A stretch of 60,584 nucleotides of DNA, the filler included, from Sphacelaria rigidula (lineage: Eukaryota), in NCBI GenBank assembly GCA_964200075.2. It is 7 parts of 7 records of this genome, joined end to end, with 100 filler letters (N's around TTAATTAATTAA, not from the genome) between each part and the next. Parts side by side here need not be neighbours in the genome. Positions count along the whole stretch, not along the records: positions 34,679 to 43,247 come from CAXNAA020010753.1; positions 43,348 to 51,916 come from CAXNAA020010754.1; 5 more parts are not named here. The stretch is one strand, 5' to 3'. Below are positions 37,711 through 50,355 of the stretch, piece by piece. Below the pieces are notes generated by a model. It ran no database searches and was not told where the DNA came from. It saw nothing but the letters and a program-made list of their open reading frames with translations. Positions within the stretch are counted from its first letter, which is position 1. Each line of letters opens with the position of its first letter. A program made the position numbers and the translations under genes.

Positions 37711-38742
37711 GTGTGTGTGTGTGTGTATGTTGTCGTCCCATCTATTCTGGACGACGTTCTACACCGTTCGGTATATGTGGGCGTACCAGCCGGGCTCACG
37801 CAGGAGGAGGGCCAACACAGGATTTTTTTTGTTTGCTTGGTTTAGTTCTCCACCTTCTTTCTGTGGTGCTTGCCTTTACGAGCAGGGGCAGCCTACGATG
37901 GGTAGTTTTCTCGCTCAGGCGACGCACTGCGTTAAATTAGGAGTTGGACGCTGAAATTTTGACAGCAGCTTATTATGATCGACATGCATAACATCACGAG
38001 AGCAGCATACCAGAAAAAAAGAAAAAAAATATATGGGGATTTGAAGTTTGAGCAAAAACAATATAACGTCAAAACTCCAGGAAAAAAACGAGAATCTGCA
38101 GCTGCTTCCGCAATGTATCATTTCCTGGGGTGCAGATGATCGCCGTGAAATTTCAGCCCAACAGTCGTCGAATTGCGCGGGGCATCGCACTTTTCGTGTG
38201 AAACACACGCGCCCCTATTACTCAAGTGATAGCAGACTCCAATTATAGAAGTCATAAGTTCGAATCCCGACAGATGCTTTTTTTTTCGTCCGTCGTAAAG
38301 GTAAGGCAATATATTATGCAGTACATTTTTTTTTTTTTCTTCATTCAGCGGCGGTGCCGTGTGTTACCAGGTTGGTCTGCACTTCACAGTGGTATGCTAA
38401 CATCGCTAACATCGGGTTTATCCGGGAAACTGGGAAGGCTGTAGTGTGGACAACGTTTGGCCATTTTAAAGCTGGCCCAGCTGTTATTTTCCATCGCAAG
38501 AGGGGTCCAGCACTCCCTTTTCCTCGTCGACCGTCAAGTAGTCGGATTTTGTGTACCCACGACATAGTCGCTCTCGTTGATCGTCAAGTAAAATTTTGTA
38601 TACCCACGACAGAGTCGCTCTCCACTGTTGAGCATGGTGTGAGAAAAAATCCAAGATCGCTCCGGGATTCGAACCCACGACCGAACCGTCAGCAGGTTTC
38701 GAGGTTATGAGGTTATCAACTGAGCCACCGGGGCGACCAGCC
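37711..38742 (-). mobile_element. SINE1 copy split by an insertion of about 605 bp (37879-38483)
   Basis: The 3' half (37711-37878) and 5' half (38484-38742, with TGGCTCAGTTGA and GGTTCGAATCCC) are colinear with 13817-14166. Confidence 0.75.
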
Positions 38743-39208
38743 AAGATGTGCATATGTTTTCAGTATCATACTTCGAAGTATATTCAATACGAGGTTTTCG
38801 CTTTACAGAGGGGTGCTGTTTATCTTGACATGCTATTTGAGCAGTGTTTCCATTCTGTATCACATGACAAAATCTCGTGTATAATGCCACGGTCGACACA
38901 TGGGTTCAAGTCAAACTGGTGCGGGTGAAACGTTGTCATGCAAATGAAGCCTGTGACTCGAACGGAGTAAGCAGTATGTAGATATTGGCAAGTCCGATTG
39001 ACGCTTCGTCGCGGACATATGAGTATGGCATACAGTGGAGGGTCTCTTTCCCACGGTGAATTCCCTTCGACTCGCTGATGCGGCTTGGCGGAAAAATGTT
39101 TCTGTCTTGTGTTTCGGGCGTTACTTGGCTTGCTGTATCTCTGACGTCCGTTTCAACAAACAACAACAACGCAACCCTAAGTTCCTCACTGTTCCACACA
39201 AATGGCAG

Positions 39209-39784
39209 GAAATGTTGCTTGAGTGCGAAGGGACAAAGGAGACGCAAGGAGCACAAGCGTCAGCGCCAGCAGCAGCAGCACAAGATAGGGGTACATACTC
39301 CCCCCCCCAGGCATCCTATCCATGGTACTCTCCAGAGAAGGATCGCAACAGAGGCACATCAGCGAGAAAATGTAGTCTTGGTTCGGCTTGTGATACCAGT
39401 AAGTCAGCCGAGTCAGGTGAAAACATGGGTGACATTTCTGGAAATCCAAAAACTGGGTGCGGAGGTGAACGTGAGGGTTCTTCTCCCGAGGCGTGCAAGC
39501 AGCGATACAAGGAGAGGCACGAAAATCGGCACGCCATGCCGTTCGCACAACCTTGCCCGTATCGCGGAGACGATGAGAGCTTTCGAACACACGCTGCTGC
39601 GGGTGGTCCCAGGGCGGGGATGCATGGGAGGGGAGTCATGATGGGGCGAGGTGAAGCAGCGGGGATCGGAGATCGAAGGGTGGAGAGTAGGAGGATGCGG
39701 GGTCACTATGATGATCGGAGGGAGGGAGCGGAAGATGAAGAAGGGCAGGGGAATGGGCGAGTGGCCCAGATAGCTGAAGGTGAG
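39209..39784 (+). CDS. Exon 3 of the same gene (donor at 39779 or 39784)
   Basis: GGCAG|GAA ATG after a CTAA branch-like motif; about 190 open codons, low-complexity and G/R/E-rich. Confidence 0.6.
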
Positions 39785-39840
39785 GTGGCGGCCGCTATGG
39801 GGTGGAAAATCAGCAAGAATAGCGTGGAAAAAATAGATGT

Positions 39841-39930
39841 GATTGGTTGATTGATTGACTGACTGAAGGATTGATTGCCCCGCATTCACTGATCCCAGAG
39901 GGATCTAGCCGTGGTCATTATCCACAAGAT
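39841..39930 (-). mobile_element. RTE LINE 3' stub with (CAAT)n-like tail
   Basis: GATTGATTG...GGATCTAGCCGTGGTC resembles 31841-31900. Confidence 0.55.
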
Positions 39931-40192
39931 GAGCAATAACACCAAGGAATTATATTACCCCATTACCGAGGCATTTGTTGTAAACGCATGCGCAGAGAAT
40001 GCTCAACAGTTGTTTCGCTCCCCTTGAGTCCCCCAGTATTTTGATGGTGATATAATAGTGCTCACAGACAAATGGATGGCTCAGACACGCGAAGGTCAGG
40101 AGCGATACGGAGCTTGTTTTTCTGCGACGGTGGCCGACCATCAGATTCTCTACAATACCGATTTTGAGGATGGTATAGGCTGATGCGACATA

Positions 40193-40742
40193 CAGTAGTG
40201 GGCGGTCTAACTATTCATTGTGAGGCATTTTGTGATTTCGTCGTAATTGGCGACTTTCTTGGTCTCTTTTCGCTTGCCACCGCCTATCACATTGGGGATC
40301 TGGAGATATTTGTATCCGCTCCACATTTCTAGGAAAAAAAAATCATCTGTACTCAATATTGAGTGACTTACGGGCTGACCGGTCATTGGGGGTCCTGCGA
40401 CGTTTCAGCCCAGATTCTTACTCTGTGGTATTTTCGGTCGATCGAGCCTGTCCCGATTATATTTCTAAAAAAATTACAGTTTTACTTTCTTGAAATTCTG
40501 CCTACTCATTGTACTACAGCCGAAAAACTGTGTTTCACGGTCAATAACACCCTCCTGATGAACGGGGTATTTACTCGTTTCGCTCGATAACACCAGCTAG
40601 CACTGACTTGGGCACTGTGTTGTGAGGATGATTTGTATATTGTACCAAAATCTACCGACGCTAGCAATTTCGAGTTCTATCGAAGAGTATTACGCGGGGA
40701 AAACCCCAAAACCCTGCTGAATAGTTAGACCGCCCACTACTG
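40193..40742. mobile_element. 550-bp Tc1/mariner-type MITE
   Basis: Perfect 25-bp TIR CAGTAGTGGGCGGTCTAACTATTCA flanked by TA on both sides. Confidence 0.93.
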
Positions 40743-41751
40743 TAGGCTTATTGGGCAGGGTTTTATTGAAAGGTAGCCGGCACTGAGTTTTGGCCCAGCA
40801 GCATAAAATAACAGATTACTCTTATGAGTGTGACGTAGCCACCAGCCAGACTCAATTCAATAAATGGTGAAATTTTGAGGAGAGATGCGGAACCGATCGT
40901 GTAAAGTTATACGTGGGGGATACGTGATTTGTTTTTTTGGTGTCCTGGAGATTATGGCGAATATATTCAGCCTTTGGAAACTCGGTCTAATATACCCAAC
41001 CTCGAAAAAAGTAGTAACGAAGACTACCCTGTGCATGTTGTTAGAATAGTCGATTTGCACCTCGCCCCAAAATTCCATGTTCCACCTCTCAAGTAGTTGA
41101 ACCAGCCTGCACATCGTTCTTCTGGAAGTTCCTGAACTTGCGACATGTTTAGTGGTGCAAATGAACAGGATTTCAAGGAAAGGTCGAGTAGAGTATACTC
41201 CATTGCGGGGCATTCTGAAAGACGTACTTGAGATACTCAAATTAGGGTAGAGTGTTAGGAGTCGTACCTAACAAATAAGTGGAAAGCGATCCCTAAAACC
41301 CTACCCCCAATTTGTGTAGTGTGAGTACGACTTTCAAAATACCCCCCAATTGAGTATACTCTACTCGACCTGCCCTTGCAGGATTTCCAGTGCACACAGA
41401 TATCTTTTGCGTGTCGCCACGCAAGGAAGATAGAAATCCTTGTTTGTGTGCTTGCTTGCCTGCTTGTTTGCTAGCCAAAACGTTGGTGAGATGGGCGGAT
41501 CACAGTCAGTAAACTAATGAAAGCACTTGAGGAGATTTGAACAGCATGGATATGATCAACCACGGAAAATATTTGTGAAGACACTGAATTGTTTTGCGCG
41601 TCGTGGTTGATCACCCTGCACAGGCTTGATGTGGGTGCACAAACACCCGGTTCTCGCCGCTGTCATCTGGATGTGCGGGAAGGTGAGGAAATGAACTTGA
41701 TGTTTTCCACTGACCTGCTCGGTAAAAGTGTGTTACAGATAGCCTTGATGA

Positions 41752-41915
41752 TTATTGATTGATCGTTTGTCGCACTTTAAATGACGCCCCAGGAATCCAG
41801 CCGTGGTGACATGTGACATGGTAGACTAACCCGAGACAAAACAAAATTGAAACACTCGTCGAAGAAAGAAGAAGAAACATAAAACAAAGTCTGGAAGAAA
41901 ACAAATCTCATTGCT
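41752..41915 (-). mobile_element. RTE LINE 3' stub
   Basis: TTGTCGCACTTTAAATGAC...TCCAGCCGTGGT...TGAAACAC matches 31857-31940. Confidence 0.8.
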
Positions 41916-42092
41916 TGATGAGTGGCGCAGTCGGTATCGTATTTTGTAGCGGGAGAGCCAAATTTGGTGAACAACGTGTACGGCCTTTCGAAATGACCGC
42001 CGGTCTGAGTATTCAATGCGTGTACCCCTCATTGCCACAGTATGTGTATGTTGTCATCCCATCTATTCTGACCGTCAGTCTTTACCTTCCGG

Positions 42093-42116
42093 TTAGGGTT
42101 AGAGTTAGGGTTAGGG
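42093..42116 (+). repeat. Interstitial telomere-like tract (TTAGGG)4, one variant unit
   Basis: TTAGGG TTAGAG TTAGGG TTAGGG. Confidence 0.85.
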
Positions 42117-42816
42117 GCGATCGGCATTGGAGTGGGTAGTTGACCGGAATGTACGGGATTCTGTGGGCCCGTACTTGATGACTTTTGAGTACTGTATGGC
42201 TTAATCCCAGTGCATGCCGCTAGTAATGTCTGTCAAGTCGGGTTCAACAACTGTTTTCAGATTTTACGATGGTTGTCGGAGGTTACGCCCATCGTCCGTA
42301 GAGAGCTAGGCGCGTGAGCAAAATGTTTCCGCGTGGTGATGGGAGTACCTGCACAAGTCATGGGCTCCCCAAAACGGTACAGTACAATAGCATCCTTGAA
42401 TCGTATCGTACATTTTGTTTTGCCGAAGCAGCTCGTACCAACTTGTCAACACATTGCCTGTGATTGAAACCTTCATGTACAGTGGGGAAAATAAAATACG
42501 CGCATGCCAAGTAAGGTACCAGGGGGGGGTACGTGTGGGGGGCAGAGAGCATGTCGCGTTTCGGAGGATGAGTGTCGTGTACAAGATATTCCGTACCTGA
42601 CGTGCTGTAGGTGCTGGGTAGCGTGGCTTATTGTAAGGAAACATCCTGCATCCTACATGTGGATTGTAGCAATATATTTCGTGGGTTATGCGGTATTTGA
42701 TTTGTCGCTCGGTATCCATGGCTGCAGGAGTAACGGTTACAGGATGGTATCAGGGATACTGCGATGAGTGCTGAAATATGCCGCCTGTTGCACTTGTTGT
42801 TTCATGCGAACACCAG

Positions 42817-43005
42817 GTGCTCAATTCTGGCTCGGAAGAGGACAGCGATCGGGGGGACCGGGAGAAGTCAACTAGCGTGAGCACAGGGCAAGCGGATACT
42901 CACATCCGGTCGCGGGAGGGAGGGGTGTCCCCAAGGGAAGAAATGTGGGGCGGCGGTGTGGGAGCACCTGGGAAGGAGTTCGTTGTGGAAATGGAATCGG
43001 ACGAG
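42817..43005 (+). CDS. Probable further exon of the same gene
   Basis: CACCAG|VLNSGSEEDSD...EMESDE|GTGAAT; phase 0 at both ends. Confidence 0.5.
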
Positions 43006-43681
43006 GTGAATATTCTGTAACCCAAGGGGGGGGGCGTACTCATTTGTTGCTTGCCTTAGTCGTTTGACCATTGACCACGCATCCCAAGGGGGAAGACAAG
43101 TAGAGCTTAGCGCTCAGGATACACAACGATCATTGTGACAGCCCAGGAACTATCAAAAGCGATCAACGGTCGCCGGTAAAGCCGGTCGCCCCGGTGGCTC
43201 AGTTGGTGACCTCGAAACCTTCTGACGGTTGGGTCGTGGGTTCAATTNNNNNNNNNNNNNNNNNNNNNNNNNNNNNNNNNNNNNNNNNNNNTTAATTAAT
43301 TAANNNNNNNNNNNNNNNNNNNNNNNNNNNNNNNNNNNNNNNNNNNNGACAAAAAGCCAAAAAAAACTAGAAGGCAGAAACCCCCCCGATTCAAACTCCA
43401 AACTGTAAAAACCACCCCCCAAAAAAAAAAAAAAAATCGAAAAAAAAGTCAAACACACTGAACTCGCGATGTAAACAGGACAAGAAGGCAAAACAGGAAA
43501 TGAGCTCAAGTATCGTAGAGCTTCGTGTGCAATTGCTGTGTCGGTCGTCGTCGCAGACGCAGAACTCAGCCAAGGCATCAATCCCTGCGTTCTCCAAAAC
43601 AGTTCGAGAAACAGCCCGGCAATGCACACGGAGGCTCTTCGAAAATCCTGACGCTATCTACTACTACTTCTACTGCCACCA

Positions 43682-44013
43682 CTACTGGTACTCGTCATAA
43701 CTGAAAAGCGGCGCGGAGTTCTCCTGTTCATCTTCCTTCATCTTACTTGTACTGGGAAATCCTGACTGGTCCCTCTCGGCCCATTTCACGTCGGGCTCCA
43801 AGTGGACATCGTGTTTGTAGTCGAATTTTGGCATGGTGCAGGAAGAACGCCCCACAAGGCACTCGATCGTACGTAGGCGTATTCCCCATCCCTTTCCTGC
43901 CTTGGTACGCACAGCTCCGTTCCATGTCCTGCTCAATCCTATTCGTGCTACTCCTCCCACGCCAGTCATCCTCCGCCGACCCATTGGTACCAGCAGAAAA
44001 ACACGGCCGTGAC
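43682..44013 (-). CDS. Probable last exon of a spliced gene of unknown function
   Basis: T-rich tract + CCAG acceptor, phase 1, HGRVFLLVPMGRRR...FSYDEYQ*. Confidence 0.5.
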
Positions 44014-46253
44014 CTGGCTCTTTCGTAAAAAACAAAACAAAACAAAACAGACATAATCAACCTCAGTTCACAACACTTCCAAAGAGCCCGAGGTGAATGA
44101 AGAATGTCTTCTCTCGCCATGATGATCATGATGATATCGTCAACCTCCACATGAACAACGAACTTAACAGTCATCGCGCGGCCTCGACACAGCCCCGTCC
44201 GTGCACACGCCAAAGCACATTCCCTCTCGACCAAATCAGGGGAAGGGCGATAGGGTGGCGTGGGGGGGGGGCATACAGGTGGCCACATCATACAAAATAT
44301 CCCACGTTCGAATGTGTTCCGAAAATAAGGGCGCTGCACACGGATGCAGAAGCAAGTGTTAAACATTCCGCAACGCTCCTGGATTGTTGCTGAATAATCT
44401 ACTTTTCAGGGGAACATGCCCCCGCTCATGTTTATTTACGCTGGAGCCATGGAGACGGGTTTCCTTCAACACACGAGAAAAAAACTTGATCGCCTTCTAG
44501 TATCACTACACTCAACACTTTTCAGCTTGAACAAATCGGTACAGTTGTACAATTGATTGTCGCCAAATCAGGTGCAACGAACACGCACCACACGATTCAA
44601 ACCAATCAGCGGTAGACATCACCCTCCACACAACAACCAGAACTAAACGTGTACAGCGATAGGAGGAGAGCAGACATACGCGACGCGACCTCCAACATCA
44701 AACGCAATCACCGAACAAACGCGCCACCCAAATGAGAGCTTCCGTAGCGACATGTCTCAAGTCCACAACGATGCGTGAGCCAGTGGCTGGTCACCGCCGA
44801 GCCTGGACTCTCTCATCTCCCTCAAGCACACCACCCAACACGACAATTCGCAAACGAAGCTAAGACTTTCAAGAAACAAATTCACCCTACCCTGCTTCAC
44901 TTACCGTTCCACGTCAGATCAGATCACGACGGTTAGTAAAGGGCACGAAAAAACCAAACATGAAACAAAATCAAGGGACAACTGGTGTAAACATGAATAC
45001 TTTCTGCAAGACCAAATCAAACGATGTGCGCACTGAAGTCACGACAAGATGATATACTCAGTCCAACGATACAATCTCCCTTTTTAATAATTAATATTAA
45101 TACTCTTCGTGTCTCGGCACTCGAGGAGCAGAAGGGTAATCTTACATCCTAGAACATGACCAAGCGATCATACCAATTTCTCCCGCGATCTCCTCTGTCA
45201 GCGGACGACAAGCCTCCCTCTTTTTTCTTCATCGATTTTGTATCAAACCACACGTTACATACATGTACGTACGTCCTATTTTTGTTATAAGGTAGACAGC
45301 GACATGTTGCGGGACTTCTAAAAAAGAGGTCAAATTCAATTCACCTCTCCGCCAAAACACCTCGCAACCACCCACCAAACCCACAAACTTCACTCACACA
45401 ACAAAGCAATCTGTATACGCATAAACAGCTGCGAACATGTAGTCAACTATCCAGACTTTTTGCATTCATTTTATCACTACTCTCTCATGATCCAAAACGA
45501 AGCCACGGACGATGTGTGGTTTCCAAACACCACACACGAAGTGTCACTCAGACGAGCTGAAGCTACCCCCCCAAAAAATCAACCGTGGCTTTCTCGAGAA
45601 GATATGATTTCCAACACGCAATCATGATGCGTTCGAACCTCCTCGGGGATAAGCCCATCGCATTTCCGAGTTACTCCATGCCCGCCCAGCCCAACTCCTC
45701 TGGTCATGGGTCAGGTGTGAGAAAACTACGTCCTGCGGTGCAACTGAGAGAAGTAAAATACAATGCATTGCACACAAACATGTACAAAGTCGTTCTTGGT
45801 CGCGTCTGAATCCGAAACATCCCATGCACGAATGATGACGGAGGGGCTGCCTCGGGTGACTCGGCTTTTACAGAACTACAGCACTACACAACTCACAAGA
45901 TACACGAAAAGAAGAAGCGCAAGAAGGAGAAATAAACAGAAAAAAACCGCTCAACCCAAAGGTAGATTCCTTCAACTCTTCCACCACGACTTTCGAAAAA
46001 AAAAAGGAAAAAAAAGAGGAGTTTGTTCTCGTCCAGGCCAGCACAAAACAGCAATCATTTTTCGTCACTTTGACACCGCGAATGTTCGCCACTTCGCGCT
46101 CAGAGGAATCTCGAACGCGTACAGAACGTAATCGGCGTTTTTTTGCCTCGATTCCGCCGACATCGCGCCTCCAAGAACACCCGCAAATACAAGGTTCTCC
46201 GTGATTGAACCACGAAGTCGTCTTTCACACGACTCTCGTGGCTACTCGCTTAC

Positions 46254-46911
46254 GGCTCTCCAAGTCCAGGTGTAACTTGTCCAGGTTGACATTCAGGTGC
46301 GCAACTACGTTATCCTGGCTACCCCCGCCCTCACCCCCACCCCTAACAGGGCGACCGCCGCCAGCGTCACAATGACGGTGGCAACGATCTCGCGACTTCG
46401 CCGTCAAAGCAGGGGCTGGCACGGTCGTAACTATTGCTGTAGAGTTGAGGGGCCATGGAGGCGACACCGTCTCCACATGGTCCTCTTCGTTTGAGGTGCC
46501 GGAGTCATAGCCGCAAGATTGAGTTGCTCTTCCGTCTCCTGCCGACCTCGTCATCCTCCCGGGGTGTACATCACTGTTAATGGCCACCATCCAGCCACGT
46601 CCCATGCCTGGACCCCCTTGTCGGCCTGGCGACAACTGACCGAAGCGGTCGCGCTGCCCACACCATGGCGGTGCGGCAGTAGTAGTGGTCGTCGGGGCAC
46701 GGGAAGCGTGGGGCCCAGAGGTCCACTTTATAGGGATGGCGCCAGTATCGGCAGTTTCATGGTCGTGCCCGTCGTCGCCGTGGTCCGTGGATTGATCAAA
46801 ATCTTGGGCAGCGATGCTGCTAGTTTGAGGTGTGTAAGGTGCGGTGGTGGCGGTATCGAGAGTGACAGTGGATGAATTAACCTCGCTTCCATCGGCATCA
46901 TCCGAATCCAG
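46254..46911 (-). CDS. Internal exon of the same gene
   Basis: Pyrimidine tract + AAAG acceptor, 219 open codons LDSDDADG...LDLES, donor GTAAGC in phase 1 matching 44013. Confidence 0.6.
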
Positions 46912-49900
46912 CTTTTGACAGCAGAGAAAAAATGATGGGACCAAGAGCAAGAGGGAGGACAGGTGCACGAGCGGAGGGAGTGGGCAGGGAGTGGGGCGTT
47001 GATTACAAGCTTCATGATATTTCTCTTCACAAATGCTGCGTTGTACTACAAAGCAGTTCTTACACCGCGACAAAAAAAGCACGGACAGTATCGTAGTGTG
47101 GAAAATAACCGAGTGTACAATTTGACCGGATATTCAACGTTCAGAGCTAGCACGAATATTGTACACACCATCCTCATCATTCAACACATGGGAATATGAC
47201 CTAAATCATGTCGACACGGAACATGCAGCTGAACAAAACATGTGTTCAACGCTCAACGGTCAGCCGGGAGAAAATTTGGTGACAGGTACGCCTCAACATT
47301 GAAAAATTGACCTCTTGTGGGGGGGGACTCAGCCTGTTATCCCCTACTTCATAGCCAAGGCGTTGGCGGATGCGGTCTGGTGCTGTGTACACGGAACCTT
47401 GGCATGGAGACCGCTGGGATGACGGGCGGCCGCCCCACCCAAACTCATCTCACCATGATCATATTTATGGGATCATCTTCCGTGTCGAGTGCCTCGTATA
47501 ACAACCTATAGGTCGGGCAAGTTTGGCAAGGCGTGAGATAATGTTGCTACTTTGGCTATGGGCTGTCGCTACCCTGTCCTCGAGTGCATACACGTGTGTG
47601 AGCGTGGCTGGCATCCGAGGTAATCGAGACAAAGCGGGCCTGCACAAGAAGCAAATATACGAACGTAGCATAGTCGACCAGACTTGTCGGTTTGTCAAAG
47701 TTTCCATCACTTTCTTCAACAAAAATCACAAAAACCATGACAACTTTCGGAAAATACCCTCTGGGAGGGGGGGGGAAGGGCCAACGGGTCCAGATTTTTT
47801 CTCCCAGCAGACGCCTACAACGCCCTCGTTTTCCCGAAAAAGGGGTGACAAAGTACCGTGTGCTGAAAATGTAACGCAACTCAAGCAGGGCAAAGTCTAG
47901 CGACCTTCCACGATTCAACATTAGGCATCGCATACAACGGCGGCGCAAGTGGGGGCGTGGGAGGTCAAACTGTGTGCTCTGGGGCAAGTATGGTCGGGCC
48001 CGGGATGGGGTACGTCGGGGTTTGGGGAGGAGCAAACAGCAACGTCGATTTCAGACACGTGTCTGCCGGGTCGTTGAAGTTCCACCGCTTGCATGAAGCA
48101 GAAGCATCTCACACCCGGAAGAGACAGTCACATTTCAGCTCTCGCTCAAGGTACTGCGCTACAAAGTTGCACGGACAGCGAGAGCCGCGCGTCGCACATT
48201 CTTCACACATTGAAGAAACGGAACAATCTATTGCTGTACTCGTTTTGACTGACACTGTGACTGGTAGATGCACAGGCATCGGGTCCGCCGAGACTTCTAC
48301 CCCTGATACCCCCTTCGACGTCACCTTCGCCATGCAGAATGTACGTGTGACCCCGCGCACAAACTCAATGCTGATTTTGACGTCACATGCAAGCAGGAAC
48401 AATTTCAAAACTACAAACAACAGTGTAGTACGTGGGAAACGAATTGTTCTCCCCGCACTGCACGAGGATTCTTTCGAATTGAAACCGTTCAACAACTCAA
48501 TGGGCGCCGAGTGCATGGCCACAGAGAAGATGAAACAAGGAAGGATTAGGCAAGGGGAAGACAGTGGAGTAGTAACATCACCAACGGACACCAACAGGTG
48601 TCGAGCACTATAATAAGGCGCGCTATTTCAAGTAGCAGCGAAGAGCCGGCCCTGATGAGCCCTTCGAATGGACTCACAGGCAGTTGTATCGTGTCCGCAT
48701 GTGAAATGAAATGGATGGGGTACTGTACATGTACTGCAAGCTCGACAAACGAACACGCACAGCCAGCGCACGTCCGCAAGGCGCGATGAGCACACGCAAT
48801 AACGTTTTGTTGTTGTGCACAGTAATACAGTGCCGTAGAGTGCCATGAACAATTGGCTTCCCTTGTCTGGTCAGGGTGTGTATCGCGAACATTTGGATAC
48901 GGAGGGAAGACGGTATACTGGAACATGACCAAATACGGGAAGCCATTGCGCCTTGGGCTGTGGAACACGTGCGTGTCGTTCGTGGGCGATTGAGACTTCG
49001 AGGGGAGTGACGATGTGTTTCAGGGGTTGGATACGCCGTACGACCGTTTACTCGTGTACTGTAGGGATGAGAATTTCGCTCTCGCAATCCGAATGAAAAA
49101 GTTCCAATAGAAATGTAAGGACATGTTTAGACTAATCATCTACCTGGTACAGCACAGCGTCAGCAGGTGAGCGTAGGGGTTCACGTGCTAGTAGTTTCTG
49201 CAACACACACCATGCCCTCATGTGATGCGGCCCACCCAGGCCCAGTTCAAGTGAGGGTACACTTGGACCCGTGATCGTCTATGATATGACATCATGACAG
49301 CATTTCGAATGCCTGAAAACGAAAACAGTATCTTACCGGCGAACGTACCATGTACGTGGTACAACACACCACGTACGTAGCCGCTCACTGCAGCAGGCAT
49401 ACTTCACTACTACATGTCAACGTTATACCTTTCATCTATGCTTGAATCACAAATGACTCCAGTGTAGTTTTTGGGGAGGGGGGCGGGGGATAAGCATCTG
49501 AAGTTATCGGCGAGATACATACAGACAACAGTACGTTTGTGCTGCCAATTTGCGGTGAGAGGGACAGAATACAACTTTGGATGTGACAGGACTACAACAC
49601 TAATCAGAAAATATATCGAAGTTTTTGAACGCCAGGCCTTCAACTGCTTGCCACAGAAAGGACGCTCCGGACTGGCTCAGACGCCCACGCAACCGCAGTC
49701 GACTGTTTAGTTTCATTGCACCTCCATGATTCGCATGTACCCCGATGACGGCCACACTCGTCAAGGCGAGGCACGGATAATACTTGGCCTCATCTCGCCA
49801 TCCATGAACAGTTCAACACATGGCACCTACAACCTACAACGCATGAGGAGCAAAAAACGTTCCTGCGGTATGGGACAAGTATAAAACATTCAGTACAGAG

Positions 49901-50053
49901 TACAGTTGCACACCAAGGGCCCCCCGTGTTTACTTTCAAGATAAGTCAGTCAACCCAGTGTCACAAAGACTCAACAGTCAATGCCCCATTTTTCTCTTCT
50001 CCAATATTTTTGTCATACACACGCAACAACATCGTGACATGTAAACAACTCAC

Positions 50054-50355
50054 GCCACAAAAGTAGTCGCTGTTGTCTTCTGAATCATGGAACAAGCCAC
50101 TCGCCAGCGCTCCACCAAAGAGTGGAGTAGACACGCTGTCCTCCGGCGTGCTGCTGCGGCTGCTGCTGCTGCTGCTGTCGCCGAGAATAAACTGCTCGTG
50201 TTCGAAAATGACCATATCATTCAATGATCCGGTCGAACGGATGATACTATCCGCTGAGTTATGAAGTGATGGTGTTGCTGGACCAGTAGCCTGGCCGGAG
50301 GCATGCCGAGAAGAAGGCAATGCCTTACCAACAAGGCCACCAACACCACCAATCG
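50054..50355 (-). CDS. Upstream exon of the same gene
   Basis: CACAG acceptor, IGGVGGLVGK...DNSDYFCG|GTGAGT, phase 0 compatible with 46911. Intervening or upstream exons are unresolved. Confidence 0.55.

Noticed and set aside
43181..43247. tRNA genes here and at 23870-23945, 38660-38742, 60132-60210
   Set aside because: A and B boxes are present but I could not fold a proper cloverleaf, and the sequences continue into shared repeat bodies; these are SINE heads.
47957..48613. 218-aa plus-strand ORF; also the 245-aa ORF at 50402-51139
   Set aside because: No recognisable motif; they lie antisense within a probable minus-strand gene.
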